Assembly: GCA_964016885.1 (NCBI GenBank)
Contig: OZ024741.1
Location: 250,728,001-250,792,000 of the forward strand
Length of the DNA: 64,000 nucleotides
Source of the DNA: Eledone cirrhosa
Lineage: Eukaryota
Direction: 5' to 3'
Each line of letters starts with the position of its first letter. Position 1 is the stretch's first letter. A program made the translations under genes and the position numbers. Of this stretch, positions 53,901-64,000 are shown piece after piece. The notes under the pieces are model-generated. The model was not told where the DNA came from. It saw only the letters and a list, made by a program, of their open reading frames with translations, and ran no database searches.

Positions 53901-56900
53901 CAGCCGTCCAAGGGGAGATAATTTCCAGCCGTCCAAGGAGAGGTAATTTCTAGCCGTCCAAGGGGAGATAATTTCCAGCCGTCCAAGGGGAGATAATTTC
54001 CAGCCGTCCAAGGGGAGATAATTTCCAGCCGTTCAAGGGGAGATAATTTCCAGCCGTCCAAGGAGAGGTAATTTCAAGCCGTCCAAGGGGAGATAATTTC
54101 CAGCCGTCCAAGGGGAGATAAATTCCAGCCTCCAAGGGGAGATAATTTCCAGCCAGCCAAGGGGAGATAATTTGTAAAAAAATCAGGGGGAGATAATTTG
54201 TAAAAAAAATCAGGGGGAGATAATTTGTAAAAAAAAAATCAGGGGAGATAATTTGTAAAAAAAAATCAGGGGGAGATAATTTGTAAAAAAAATCAAGGGG
54301 AGATAATTTCCAGCCGTCCAAGGGGAGGTAATTTTCAGCCGTCCAAGGAGAGGTAATTTCTAGCCGTCCAAGGGGAGATAATTTCCAGCCGTCCAAGAGG
54401 AGATAATTTCCAGCCGTCCAAGGGGAGATAATTTTTTAAAAAAAATCAGGCGGAGATAATTTGTAAAAAAAAAATCAGGGGAGATAATTTGTAAAAAAAA
54501 ATCGGGGAGATAATTTGTAAAAAAAAATCAGGGGGAGATAATATGTAAAAAAAATCAAGGGGAGATAATTTCCAGCCGTCCAAGGGAAGATAATTTCCAG
54601 CCCTCCAAGGGGCTATAATTTCTAGCGTCCAAGGGGAGATAATTTCCAGCCAGCGAAAAGGAGATAATTTTTTTTTAAAAATCACTGGGAGATTTGTAAA
54701 AAAAATCAGGGGGAGATAATTTGTAAAAAAATCAAGGGGAGATAATTTCCAGCCGTCCAAAGAGAGATAATTTCTAGCCGTCCAAGGGGAGATAATTTCC
54801 AGCCAAGGGGAGATAATTTCCAGCCGTCCAAGGGGAGATAATTTCCAGCCGTGCAAGGGGAGATAATTTCCAGCCGTCCAAGGGGAGATAATTTCCATCC
54901 TTCCAAGGGGAGATAATTTCCAGCCGTCCAAGGGGAGATTATTTCCCGCCAGCCAAGGGAAGATAATATTTAAAAAAATCAGGCGGATATAATTTGTAAA
55001 ATAAATTAGGGGGAGATAATTTTAAAAAAATCAGGGGGAGATAATTTGTAAAAAAAATCAAGGGGAGATAATTTCCAGCCAGCGAAGGGGAGATAATTTT
55101 TTAAAAAAAATCACTGGGAGATTTGTAAAACAAATCAGGGGGAGATAATTTGTAAAAAAAATCAAGGGGAGATAATTTCCAGCCGTCCAAAGAGAGATAA
55201 TTTCTAGCCGTCCAAGGGGAGATAATTTCCAGCCAAGGGGAGATAATTTCCAGCCGTCCAAGGGGAGATAATTTTTTAAAAAATCAGGTGGAGATAATTT
55301 GTAAAAAAAATCAGGGGAAGATAATTTGTAAAAACAAAATCAAGGGCAGATAATTTCCAGCCGTCCAAGGGGAGATAATTTCCAGCAGTGCAAGGGGAGA
55401 TAATTTCCAGCCGTCCAAGGAGAGATAATTTCCATCCTTCCTAGGGGAGATAATTTCCAGCCGTCTAAGGGGAGATAATATTTAAAAAAATCAGGCGGAG
55501 ATAATTTGTAAAAAAAATCAGGGGGAGATAATTTGTAAAAAAAAAATCAGGAGGAGATAATTTGTAAAAAAAATCAGGGGGAGATAATTTGTAAAAAAAA
55601 ATCAGGGGTAGATAATTTGTAAAAAAAAATCAGGGGGAGATAATTTGTAAAAAAAAATCAAGGGGAGATAATTTTCAGCCGTCCAAGGGGAGATAATTTT
55701 CAGCCGTCCAAGGAGAGGTAATTTCTAGCCGTCCAAGGGGAGATAATTTCCAGCCGTCCAAGGGGAGATAATTTCCAGCCGTCCAAGGGGAGATAATTTT
55801 TAAAAAAAATCAAGCGGAGATAATTTGTAAAAAAAAAATCAGTGGGAGATAATTTGTAAAAAAAAAATCGGGGGGAGATAATTTGTAAAAAAAATCAAGG
55901 GGAGATAATTTCTAGCCGTCCAAGGGAAGATAATTTCCAGCCCTCCAAGGGAAGATAACTTCCAGCCCTCCAAGGGGCTATAATTTCCAGCGTCCAAGGG
56001 GAGATAATTTCCAGCCAGCGAAGGGGAGATAATTTTTTTTTAAAAATCACTGGGAGATTTGTAAAAAAAATCAGGGGGAGATAATTTGTAAAAAAATCAA
56101 GGGGAGATAATTTCCAGCCGTCCAAAGAGAGATAATTTCTAGCCGTCCAAGGGGAGATAATTTCCAGCCAACGGGAGATAATTTCCAGCCGTCCAAGGAG
56201 AGATAATTTTTTAAAAAATCAGGTGGAGATAATTTGTAAAAAAAATCAGGGGAAGATAATTTGTAAAAACAAAATCAAGTGCAGATAATTTCCAGCCGTC
56301 CAAGGGGAGATAATTTCCATCCTTCCAAGGGGAGATAATTTCCAGGCGTCCAAGGGGAGATAATTTCCCGCCAGCCAAGGGAAGATAATATTTAAAAAAA
56401 TCAGGCGGAGATAATTTGTAAAAAAAAACGGGGAGATAATTTGTAAAAAAAAATCAGGGGGAGATAATTTGGAAAAAAAAATCAGGCGTAGATAATTTGT
56501 AAAAAAAAATCAGGGGTAGATAATTTGTAAAAAAAAATCAAGGGGAGATAATTTCCAGCCGTCCAAGGGGAGATAATTTTCAGCCATCCAAGGAGAGGTA
56601 ATTTCTAGCCGTCCAAGGGGAGATAATTTCCAGCCGTCCAAGGGGAGATAATTTCCAGCCGTCCAAGGGGAGATAATTTAAAAAAAAAATCAGGCGGAGA
56701 TAATTTGTAAAAAAAAAATCAGGGGGAGATAATTTGTAAAAAAAAATCAGGGGTAGATAATTTGTAAAAAAAATCAAGGGGAGATAATTTCCAGCCATCC
56801 AAGGGAAGATAATTTCCAGCCCTCCAAGGAAAGATAACTTCCAGCCCTCCAAGGGGCTATAATTTCCAGCGTCCAAGGGGAGATAATTTCCAGCCAGCGA

Positions 56901-57052
56901 AGGGGAGATAATTTTTTTAAAAAAATCACTGGGAGATTTGTAAAAAAAATCAGGGGTAGATAATTTGTAAAAAAAAATCAGGGGGAGATAATTTGTAAAA
57001 AAAATCAGGGGGAGATAATTTGTAAAAAATCAAGGGGAGATAATTTCCAGCC
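41792..57052 (+). repeat. Higher-order super-repeat, copy 2 (near-identical copy of 1..15260)
   Basis: Same ORF and variant order as 1..15260. The match ends at 15261 (C) versus 57053 (G), after which the sequence follows the 27780+ path. Confidence 0.95.
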
Positions 57053-60000
57053 GTCCAAGGGGAGATAATTTCCAGCCGTCCAAAGAGAGATAATTTCTAG
57101 ACGTCCAAGGGGAGATAATTTCCAGCCGTCCAAGGGGAGATAATTTCCAGCCGTCCAAGGGGAGATAATTTTTTAAAATATCAGGTGGAGATAATTTGTA
57201 AAAAAATCAGGGGGAGATAATTTGTAAAAACAAAATCAAGGGCAGATAATTTCCAGCCGTCCAAGGGGAGATAATTTCCCGCCAGCCAAGGGAAGATAAT
57301 TTTTTAAAAAATCAGACGGATATAATTTGTAGAAAAATCAGGGGGAGATAATTTCCAGCCGTCCAAGGGGAGATAATTTTCAGCCGTGCAAGGAGAGGTA
57401 ATTTCTAGAGGTCCAAGGGGAGATAATTTCCAGCCTTGCAAGGGGAGATAATTTCCAGCCGTCCAAAGAGAGATAATTTCTAGCCGTCCAAGGGGAGATA
57501 ATTTCCAGCCGTGCATGGGGAGATAATTTCCAGCCGTCCAAGGAGAGGTAATTTCTAGCCGTCCAAGGGGAGATAATTTCCAGCCCTCCAAGGGGAGATA
57601 AATTCCAGCCTCCAAGGGGAGATAATTTCCAGCCAGCCAAGGGGAGATAATTTGTAAAAAAATCAGGGGGAGATAATTTGTAAAAAAAAATCAGGGGGAG
57701 ATAATTTGTAAAAAAAAATCAGGGGGAGATAATTTGTAAAAAAAAATCAGGGGGAGATAATTTGTAAAAAAAATCAAGGAGAGATAATTTTCAGCCGTCC
57801 AAGGGGAGATAATTTTCAGCCGTCCAAGGAGAGGTAATTTCTAGCCGTCCAAGGGGATATAATTTCCAGCCGTCCAATGGGAGATAATTTCCAGCCGTCC
57901 AAGGGGAGATAATTTTTAAAAAAAATCAGGCGGAGATAATTTGTAAAAAATAAATCAGGGGGAGATAATTTGTAAAAAAAAATCAGGGGGAGATAATTTG
58001 TAAAAAAGATCAGGGGGAGATAATTTGTAAAAAAAATCAAGGGTAGATAATTTCCAGCCGTCCAAAGAGAGATAATTTCTAGCCGTCCAAGGGGAGATAA
58101 TTTCCAGCCAAGGGGAGATAATTTCCAGCCGTCCAAGGGGAGATAATTTCCAGCCGTGCAAGGGGAGATAATTTCCAGCCGTCCAAGGGGAGATTATTTC
58201 CCGCCAGCCAAGGGAAGATAATATTTAAAAAAATCAGGCGGAGATAATTTGTAAAATAAATCAGGGGGAGATAATTTGTAAAAAAATCAGGGGGAGATAA
58301 TTTGTAAAAAAGATCAGGGGGAGATAATTTGTAAAAAAAAATCAGGGGTAGATAATATGTAAAATAAAATCAGGGGGAGATAATTTGTAAAAAAAAAATC
58401 AGGTGGAGATAAATTGTAAAAAAAATCAAGGGGAGATAATTTTCAGCCGTCCAAGGAGGGCTAATTTCTAGCCGTCCAAGGGGAGATAATTTCCAGCCGT
58501 CCAAGGGGAGATAATTTCCAGCCGTCCAAGGGGAGATAATTTTTTTTTAAAAATCAGGCGGAGATAATTTGTAAAAAAAAAATCAGGGGGAGATAATTTG
58601 TAAAAAAAAATCAGGGGGTGATAATTTGTAAAAAAATCAAGGGGAGATAATTTCAAGCCGTCCAAGGGAAGATAATTTCCAGCCTCCAAGGGGCTATAAT
58701 TTCCAGAGTCCAAGGGGAGATAATTTCCAGCCAGCGAAGGGGAGATAATTTTTTTAAAAAAATCACTGGGAGATTTGTAAAAAAAATCAGGGGGAGATAA
58801 TTTGTAAAAAGAATCAAGGGGAGATAATTTCCAACCGTCCAAAGAGAGATAATTTCTAGCCGTCCAAGGGGAGATAATTTCCAGCCAAGGGGAGATAATT
58901 TCCAGCCGTCCAAGGGGAGATAATTTTTTAAAATATAGGTGGAGATAATTTGTAAAAAAATCAGGGGGAGATAATTTGTAAAAACAAAATCAAGGGCAGA
59001 TAATTTCCAGCCGTCCAAGGGGAGATAATTTCCAGCCGTGCAAGGGGAGATAATTTGTAAAAAAAATCAGGGGGAGATAATTTCCAGCCGTCCAAGGGGA
59101 GATAATTTTCAGCCGTCCAAGGAGAGGTAATTTCTAGCCGCCCAAGGGAAGAAGGGGCTATAATTTCTAGCGTCCAAGGGGAGATAATTTCCAGCCAGCG
59201 AAAGGGAGATAATTTTTTTTAAAAAATCACTGGGAGATTTGTAAAAAAAATCAGGGGGAGATAATTTGTAAAAAAATCAAGGGGAGATAATTTCCAGCCG
59301 TCCAAAGAGAGATAATTTCTAGCCGTCCAAGGGGAGATAATTTCCAGCCAAGGGGAGATAATTTCCAGCCGTCCAAGTGGAGATAATTTCCAGCCGTGCA
59401 AGGGGAGATAATTTCCAGCCGTCCAAGGGGAGATAATTTCCATCCTTCCAAGGGGAGATAATTTCCAGCCGTCCAAGGGGAGATTATTTCCCGCCAGCCA
59501 AGGGAAGATATTATTTAAAAAAATCAGGCGGAGATAATTTGTAAAATAAATTAGGGGGAGATAATTTGTAAAAAAATCAGGGGGAGATAATTTGTAAAAA
59601 AAATCAAGGGGAGATAATTTCCAGCCAGCGAAGGAGAGATAATTTTAAAAAAAAATCACTGGGAGATTTGTAAAACAAATCAGGGGGAGATAATTTGTAA
59701 AAAAAATCAAGGGGAGATAATTTCCAGCCGTCCAAAGAGAGATAATTTCTAGCCGTCCAAGGGGAGATAATTTCCAGCCAAGGGGAGATAATTTCCAGCC
59801 GTCCAAGGGGAGATAATTTTTTAAAAAATCAGGTGGAGATAATTTGTAAAAGAAATCAGGGGAAGATAATTTGTAAAAACAAAATCAAGGGCAGATAATT
59901 TCCAGCCGTCCAAGGGGAGATAATTTCCAGCAGTGCAAGGGGAGATAATTTCTAGCCGTCCAAGGAGAGATAATTTCCATCCTTCCAAGGGAAGATAATT

Positions 60001-63000
60001 TCCAGCCGTCCAAGGGGAGATAATTTCCCGCCAGCCAAGGGAAGATAATATTTAAAAAAATCAGGCGGAGATAATTTGTAAAAAAAATCAGGGGGAGATA
60101 ATTTGTAAAAAAAAAATCAGTGGGAGATAATTTGTAAAAAAAATCAGGGGTAGATAATTTGTAAAAAAAAATCAGGGGGAGATAATTTGTAAAAAAAAAT
60201 CAAGGGGAGATAATTTCCAGCCGTCCAAGGGGAGATAATTTTCAGCCGTCCAAGGAGAGGTAATTTCTAGCCGTCCAAGGGGAGATAATTTCCAGCCGTC
60301 CAAGGGGAGATAATTTCCAGCCAGCGAAGGGGAGATAATTTTTTTTTAAAAATCACTGGGAGATAATTTTTAAAAAAAGTCAGGCGGAGATAATTTGTAA
60401 AAAAAAAATCAGTGGGAGATAATTTGTAAAAAAAAAATCGGGGGGACATAATTTGTAAAAAAAATCAAGGGGAGATAATTTCTAGCCGTCCAAGGGAAGA
60501 TAATTTCCAGCCCTCCAAGGGAAGATAACTTCCAGCCCTCCAAGGGGCTATAATTTCCAGCGTCCAAGGGGAGATAATTTCCAGCCAGCGAAGGGGAGAT
60601 AATTTTTTTTTAAAAATCACTGGGAGATTTGTAAAAAAAATCAGGGGGAGATAATTTGTAAAAAAATCAAGGGGAGATAATTTCCAGCCGTACAAGGAGA
60701 GGTAATTTCTAGCCGTCCAAGGGGAGATAATTTCCAGCCGTCCAAGGGGAGATAATTTCCAGCCGTCCAAGGGGAGATAATTTAAAAAAAAAATCAGGCG
60801 GAGATAATTTGTAAAAAAAAAATCAGGGGGAGATAATTTGTAAAAAAAAATCAGGGGGAGATAATTTGTAAAAAAAATCAAGGGGAGATAATTTCCAGCC
60901 GTCCAAGGGAAGATAATTTCCAGCCCTCCAAGGAAAGATAACTTCCAGCCCTCCAAGGGGCTATAATTTCCAGCGTCCAAGGGGAGATAATTTCCAGCCA
61001 GCGAAGGGGAGATTTTTTTAAAAAAATCACTGGGAGATTTTTTAAAAAAATCAGGGGTAAATAATTTGTAAAAAAAAATCAGGGGGAGATAATTTGTAAA
61101 AAAAATCAGGGGGAGATAATTTGTAAAAAATCAAGGGGAGATAATTTCCAGCCGTCCAAGGGGAGATAATTTTCAGCCATCCAAGGAGAGGTAATTTCTA
61201 GCCGTTCAAGGGGAGATAATTTCCAGCCGTCCAAGGGGAGATAATTTCCAGCCGTCCAAGGGGAGATAATTTTTTAAAAAAATCAGGCGGAGCTAATTTG
61301 TAAAAAAATAATCAGGGGCAGATAATTTGTAAAAAAATATCAGGGGGAGATAATTTGTATACAAAATCAAGGGGAGATAATTTCCAGCCGTCCAAGGCGA
61401 GATAATTTCCAGCCGTCCAAGGGGAGATAATTTACAGCTGTCCAAGTAGAGGTAATTTCTAGGCGTCCAAGGGGAGATAATTTCCAGCCGTCCAAGAGGA
61501 GATAATTTCCAGCCAGCCAAGGGGAGATAATTTCCAGCCAGCCAAGGGGAGATATTTGTAAAAAAAATCAGGTGGAGATAATTTGTAAAAAAAAAATCAG
61601 GGGTAGATAATTTGTAGAAGACATAAAGGGGAGATAATTTCCAGCCGTCCAAGGAGAGGTAATTTCTAGCCGTCCAAGGGGAGATAAATTCCAGCCTCCA
61701 AGGGGAGATAATTTCCAGGCAGCCAAGGGTATATAATTTGTAAAAAAAATCAGGTGGAGATAATTTGTAAAAAAAAATCAGGGGGAGATAATTTGTAAAA
61801 AAAATCAGGGGGAGATAATTTGTATAAAAAAAACAAGGGGAGATAATTTCCAGCCGTCCAAGGGGAGATAATTTTCAGCCGTCCAAGGAGAGGTAATTTC
61901 TAGCCGTCCAAGGAGAGATAATTTCCAGCCGTCCAAGGGGAGATAATTTCCAGCCGTCCAAGGGGAGATAATTTTTTTAAAAAAATCAGGCGGAGATAAG
62001 TTGTAAAAAAAATCAGGGGGAGATAATTTGTAAAAAAAAATCAGGGGGAGATAATTTGTAAAAAAAATCAAGGGGAGATAATTTCCAGCCGTCCAAAGAG
62101 AGATAATTTCTAGCCGTCCAAGGGGAGATAATTTCCAGCCAAGGGGAGATAATTTCCAGCCGTACAAGGGGAGATAATTTTTAAAAAATCAGGTGGAGAT
62201 AATTTGTAAAAACAAAATCAAGGGCAGATAATTTCCAGCCGTCCAAGGGGAGATAATTTCCAGCAGTGCAAGGGGAGATAATTTCCAGCCGTCCAAGGGG
62301 AGATAATTTCCCGCCAGCCAAGGGAAGATAATATTTAAAAAAATCAGGCGGAGATAATTTGAAAAAAAAATCAGGGGGAGATAATTTGTAAAAAAATCAG
62401 GGGGAGATAATTTGTAAAAAAAAAATCAGGGGGAGATAATTTTTTTAAAAAATCAGGGGGAGATAATTTGTAAAAAAAATCAAGGGGAGATAATTTCCAG
62501 CCGTCCAAGGAGAGATAATTTAAAAAAAAATTCAGGCGGAGATAATTTGTAAAAAAAAATCGGGCAGATAATTTGTAAAAAAAATCAGGAGGAGATAATT
62601 TGTAAAAAAAATCAAGGGGAGATAATTTCCAGCCGTCCAAGGGAAGATAATTTCCGGCCAAGGGGAGATAATTTCCAGCCGTCCAAGGGGAGATAATTTT
62701 TTAAAAAATCAGGTGGAGATAATTTGTAAAAAACATCAGGGGGAGATAATTTGTAAAAACAAAATCAAGGGCAGATAATTTCCAGCTGTCCAAGGGGAGA
62801 TAATTTCCAGCCGTGCAAGGGAAGATAATTTCCAGCCGTCCAAGGGGAGATAATTTCCCGCCAGCCAAGGGAAGATAATTTTAAAAAAAATCAGGCGGAG
62901 ATTGTAAAAAAATCAGGGGGAGATAATTTTTAAAAAAATCAGGAGATAATTTGTAAAAAAAAATCAGGGGGAGATAATTTGTAAAAAAAATCAGGGGGAG

Positions 63001-64000
63001 ATAATTTGTAAAAAAAAATCAGGGGGAGATAATTTGTAAAAAAATCAGGGGTAGATAATTTGTAAAAAAAAATCAGGGGGAGATAATTTGTAAAAAAAAA
63101 TCAGGGGGAGATAATTTGTAAAAAAAATCAAGGGGAGATAATTTGCAGCCGTCCAAGGGGAGATAATTTCCAGCCGTCCAAAGAGAGATAATTTCTAGAC
63201 GTCCAAGGGGAGATAATTTCCAGCCGTCCAAGGGGAGATAATTTCCAGCCGTCCAAGGGGAGATAATTTTTTAAAATATCAGGTGGAGATAATTTGTAAA
63301 AAAATCAGGGGGAGATAATTTGTAAAAACAAAATCAAGGGCAGATAATTTCCAGCCGTCCAAGGGGAGATAATTTCCCGCCAGCCAAGGGAAGATAATTT
63401 TTAAAAAAATCAGACGGATATAATTTGTAGAAAAATCAGGGGGAGATAATTTCCAGCCGTCCAAGGGGAGATAATTTTCAGCCGTGCAAGGAGAGGTAAT
63501 TTCTAGAGGTCCAAGGGGAGATAATTTCCAGCCGTGCAAGGGGAGATAATTTCCAGCCGTCCAAAGAGAGATAATTTCTAGCCGTCCAAGGGGAGATAAT
63601 TTCCAGCCGTGCATGGGGAGATAATTTCCAGCCGTCCAAGGAGAGGTAATTTCTAGCCGTCCAAGGGGAGATAATTTCCAGCCCTCCAAGGGGAGATAAA
63701 TTCCAGCCTCCAAGGGGAGATAATTTCCAGCCAGCCAAGGGGAGATAATTTGTAAAAAAATCAGGGGGAGATAATTTGTAAAAAAAAATCAGGGGGAGAT
63801 AATTTGTAAAAAAAAATCAGGGGGAGATAATTTGTAAAAAAAAATCAGGGGGAGATAATTTGTAAAAAAAATCAAGGAGAGATAATTTTCAGCCGTCCAA
63901 GGGGAGATAATTTTCAGCCGTCCAAGGAGAGGTAATTTCTAGCCGTCCAAGGGGATATAATTTCCAGCCGTCCAATGGGAGATAATTTCCAGCCGTCCAA
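57048..64000 (+). repeat. Near-identical copy of ~27780..34731 (offset +29,268/29,269)
   Basis: ORF pairs 28036->57304, 29200->58468, 30999->60267, 33102->62371, 34010->63279. Shared rare marks: CCTTGCAA (~28166/57434), junction GGGAAGAAGGGGCTATA (29878/59146), 3-bp deletion CAGGAGATAA (33671/62940). Confidence 0.95.

Larger units (their letters stand above)
1..64000 (+). repeat. Tandem satellite array of two related interspersed monomers: type A 25 bp (CAAGGGGAGATAATTTCCAGCCGTC) and type B ~26-29 bp (CAGGGGGAGATAATTTGT-A7..10-T); roughly 2,400-2,500 monomers, all head-to-tail
   Basis: Seen directly: the core GGAGATAATTT or a close variant recurs every ~21-30 bp from base 1 to 64000. I saw no unique insert and no inversion. 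The monomer count is an estimate (64000 / ~26 bp). Confidence 0.98.

Noticed and set aside
133-63738. Numerous minus-strand ORFs of 60-202 aa with repeats such as DGWKLSPLGRLEIISPWTAGNYLPL and FFTNYLPLI
   Set aside because: They are translations of the satellite. The reverse complement of the 25-bp monomer has no stop in any frame, so three monomers give a 25-aa pseudo-repeat. Starts are mostly TTG, the ORFs overlap in all three frames, and homopolymer changes shift frames between near-identical copies. The + strand has TAA in every monomer, which explains the strand bias.
1-64000. CRISPR-like array (constant core alternating with variable segments)
   Set aside because: The constant part is only ~16 bp and the variable parts are ~9-13 bp of two recurring types, not unique spacers. 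There is no leader and there are no cas genes.
1-64000. Telomerase-synthesised long telomeric repeat (as in 25-bp budding-yeast telomeres)
   Set aside because: Two monomer types, many fixed variants and multi-kb block duplications over at least 64 kb indicate recombination-driven satellite evolution rather than templated addition. I do not recognise a known telomere motif.
1-64000. Transposon, SINE poly(A) tails, tRNA or rRNA fragments within the array
   Set aside because: I saw no non-satellite insert, terminal repeat, target-site duplication or structured-RNA motif. The A-runs are integral parts of monomer B.
1-64000. Pure sequencing or assembly artefact, or a synthetic concatemer
   Set aside because: Hierarchical, heritable variants and A-run lengths reproduced across distant copies fit a real, accurately sequenced array. 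Individual large junctions still need read-level confirmation.

Overview
The whole 64-kb window is one uninterrupted, single-orientation tandem satellite array, most likely eukaryotic heterochromatin; the organism cannot be identified from the sequence. No credible genes, RNA genes, transposons or CRISPR arrays are present. The array interleaves two short monomers that share the head CA(A/G)GGGGAGATAATTT. Type A is 25 bp (CAAGGGGAGATAATTTCCAGCCGTC). Type B is about 26-29 bp (CAGGGGGAGATAATTTGT-A7..10-T). They alternate in short runs that follow a rule-like order, including a dedicated TnAm transition monomer. Above this level there is a nested higher-order structure: a very young ~41.8-kb super-repeat whose second copy lacks ~12.5 kb, tandem duplications of ~6.1 kb, ~3.6 kb and ~2.6-2.9 kb, and older block copies at ~8.6, ~11 and ~29.6-29.9 kb offsets. 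Several breakpoints can be mapped to a few bases. A large share of the differences between young copies are T<->A shifts at TnAm junctions with constant total length. All ORFs in the track are minus-strand translations of the repeat and are treated as spurious. Offsets come from identical ORF-track coordinates plus spot checks by eye; no alignment was run.
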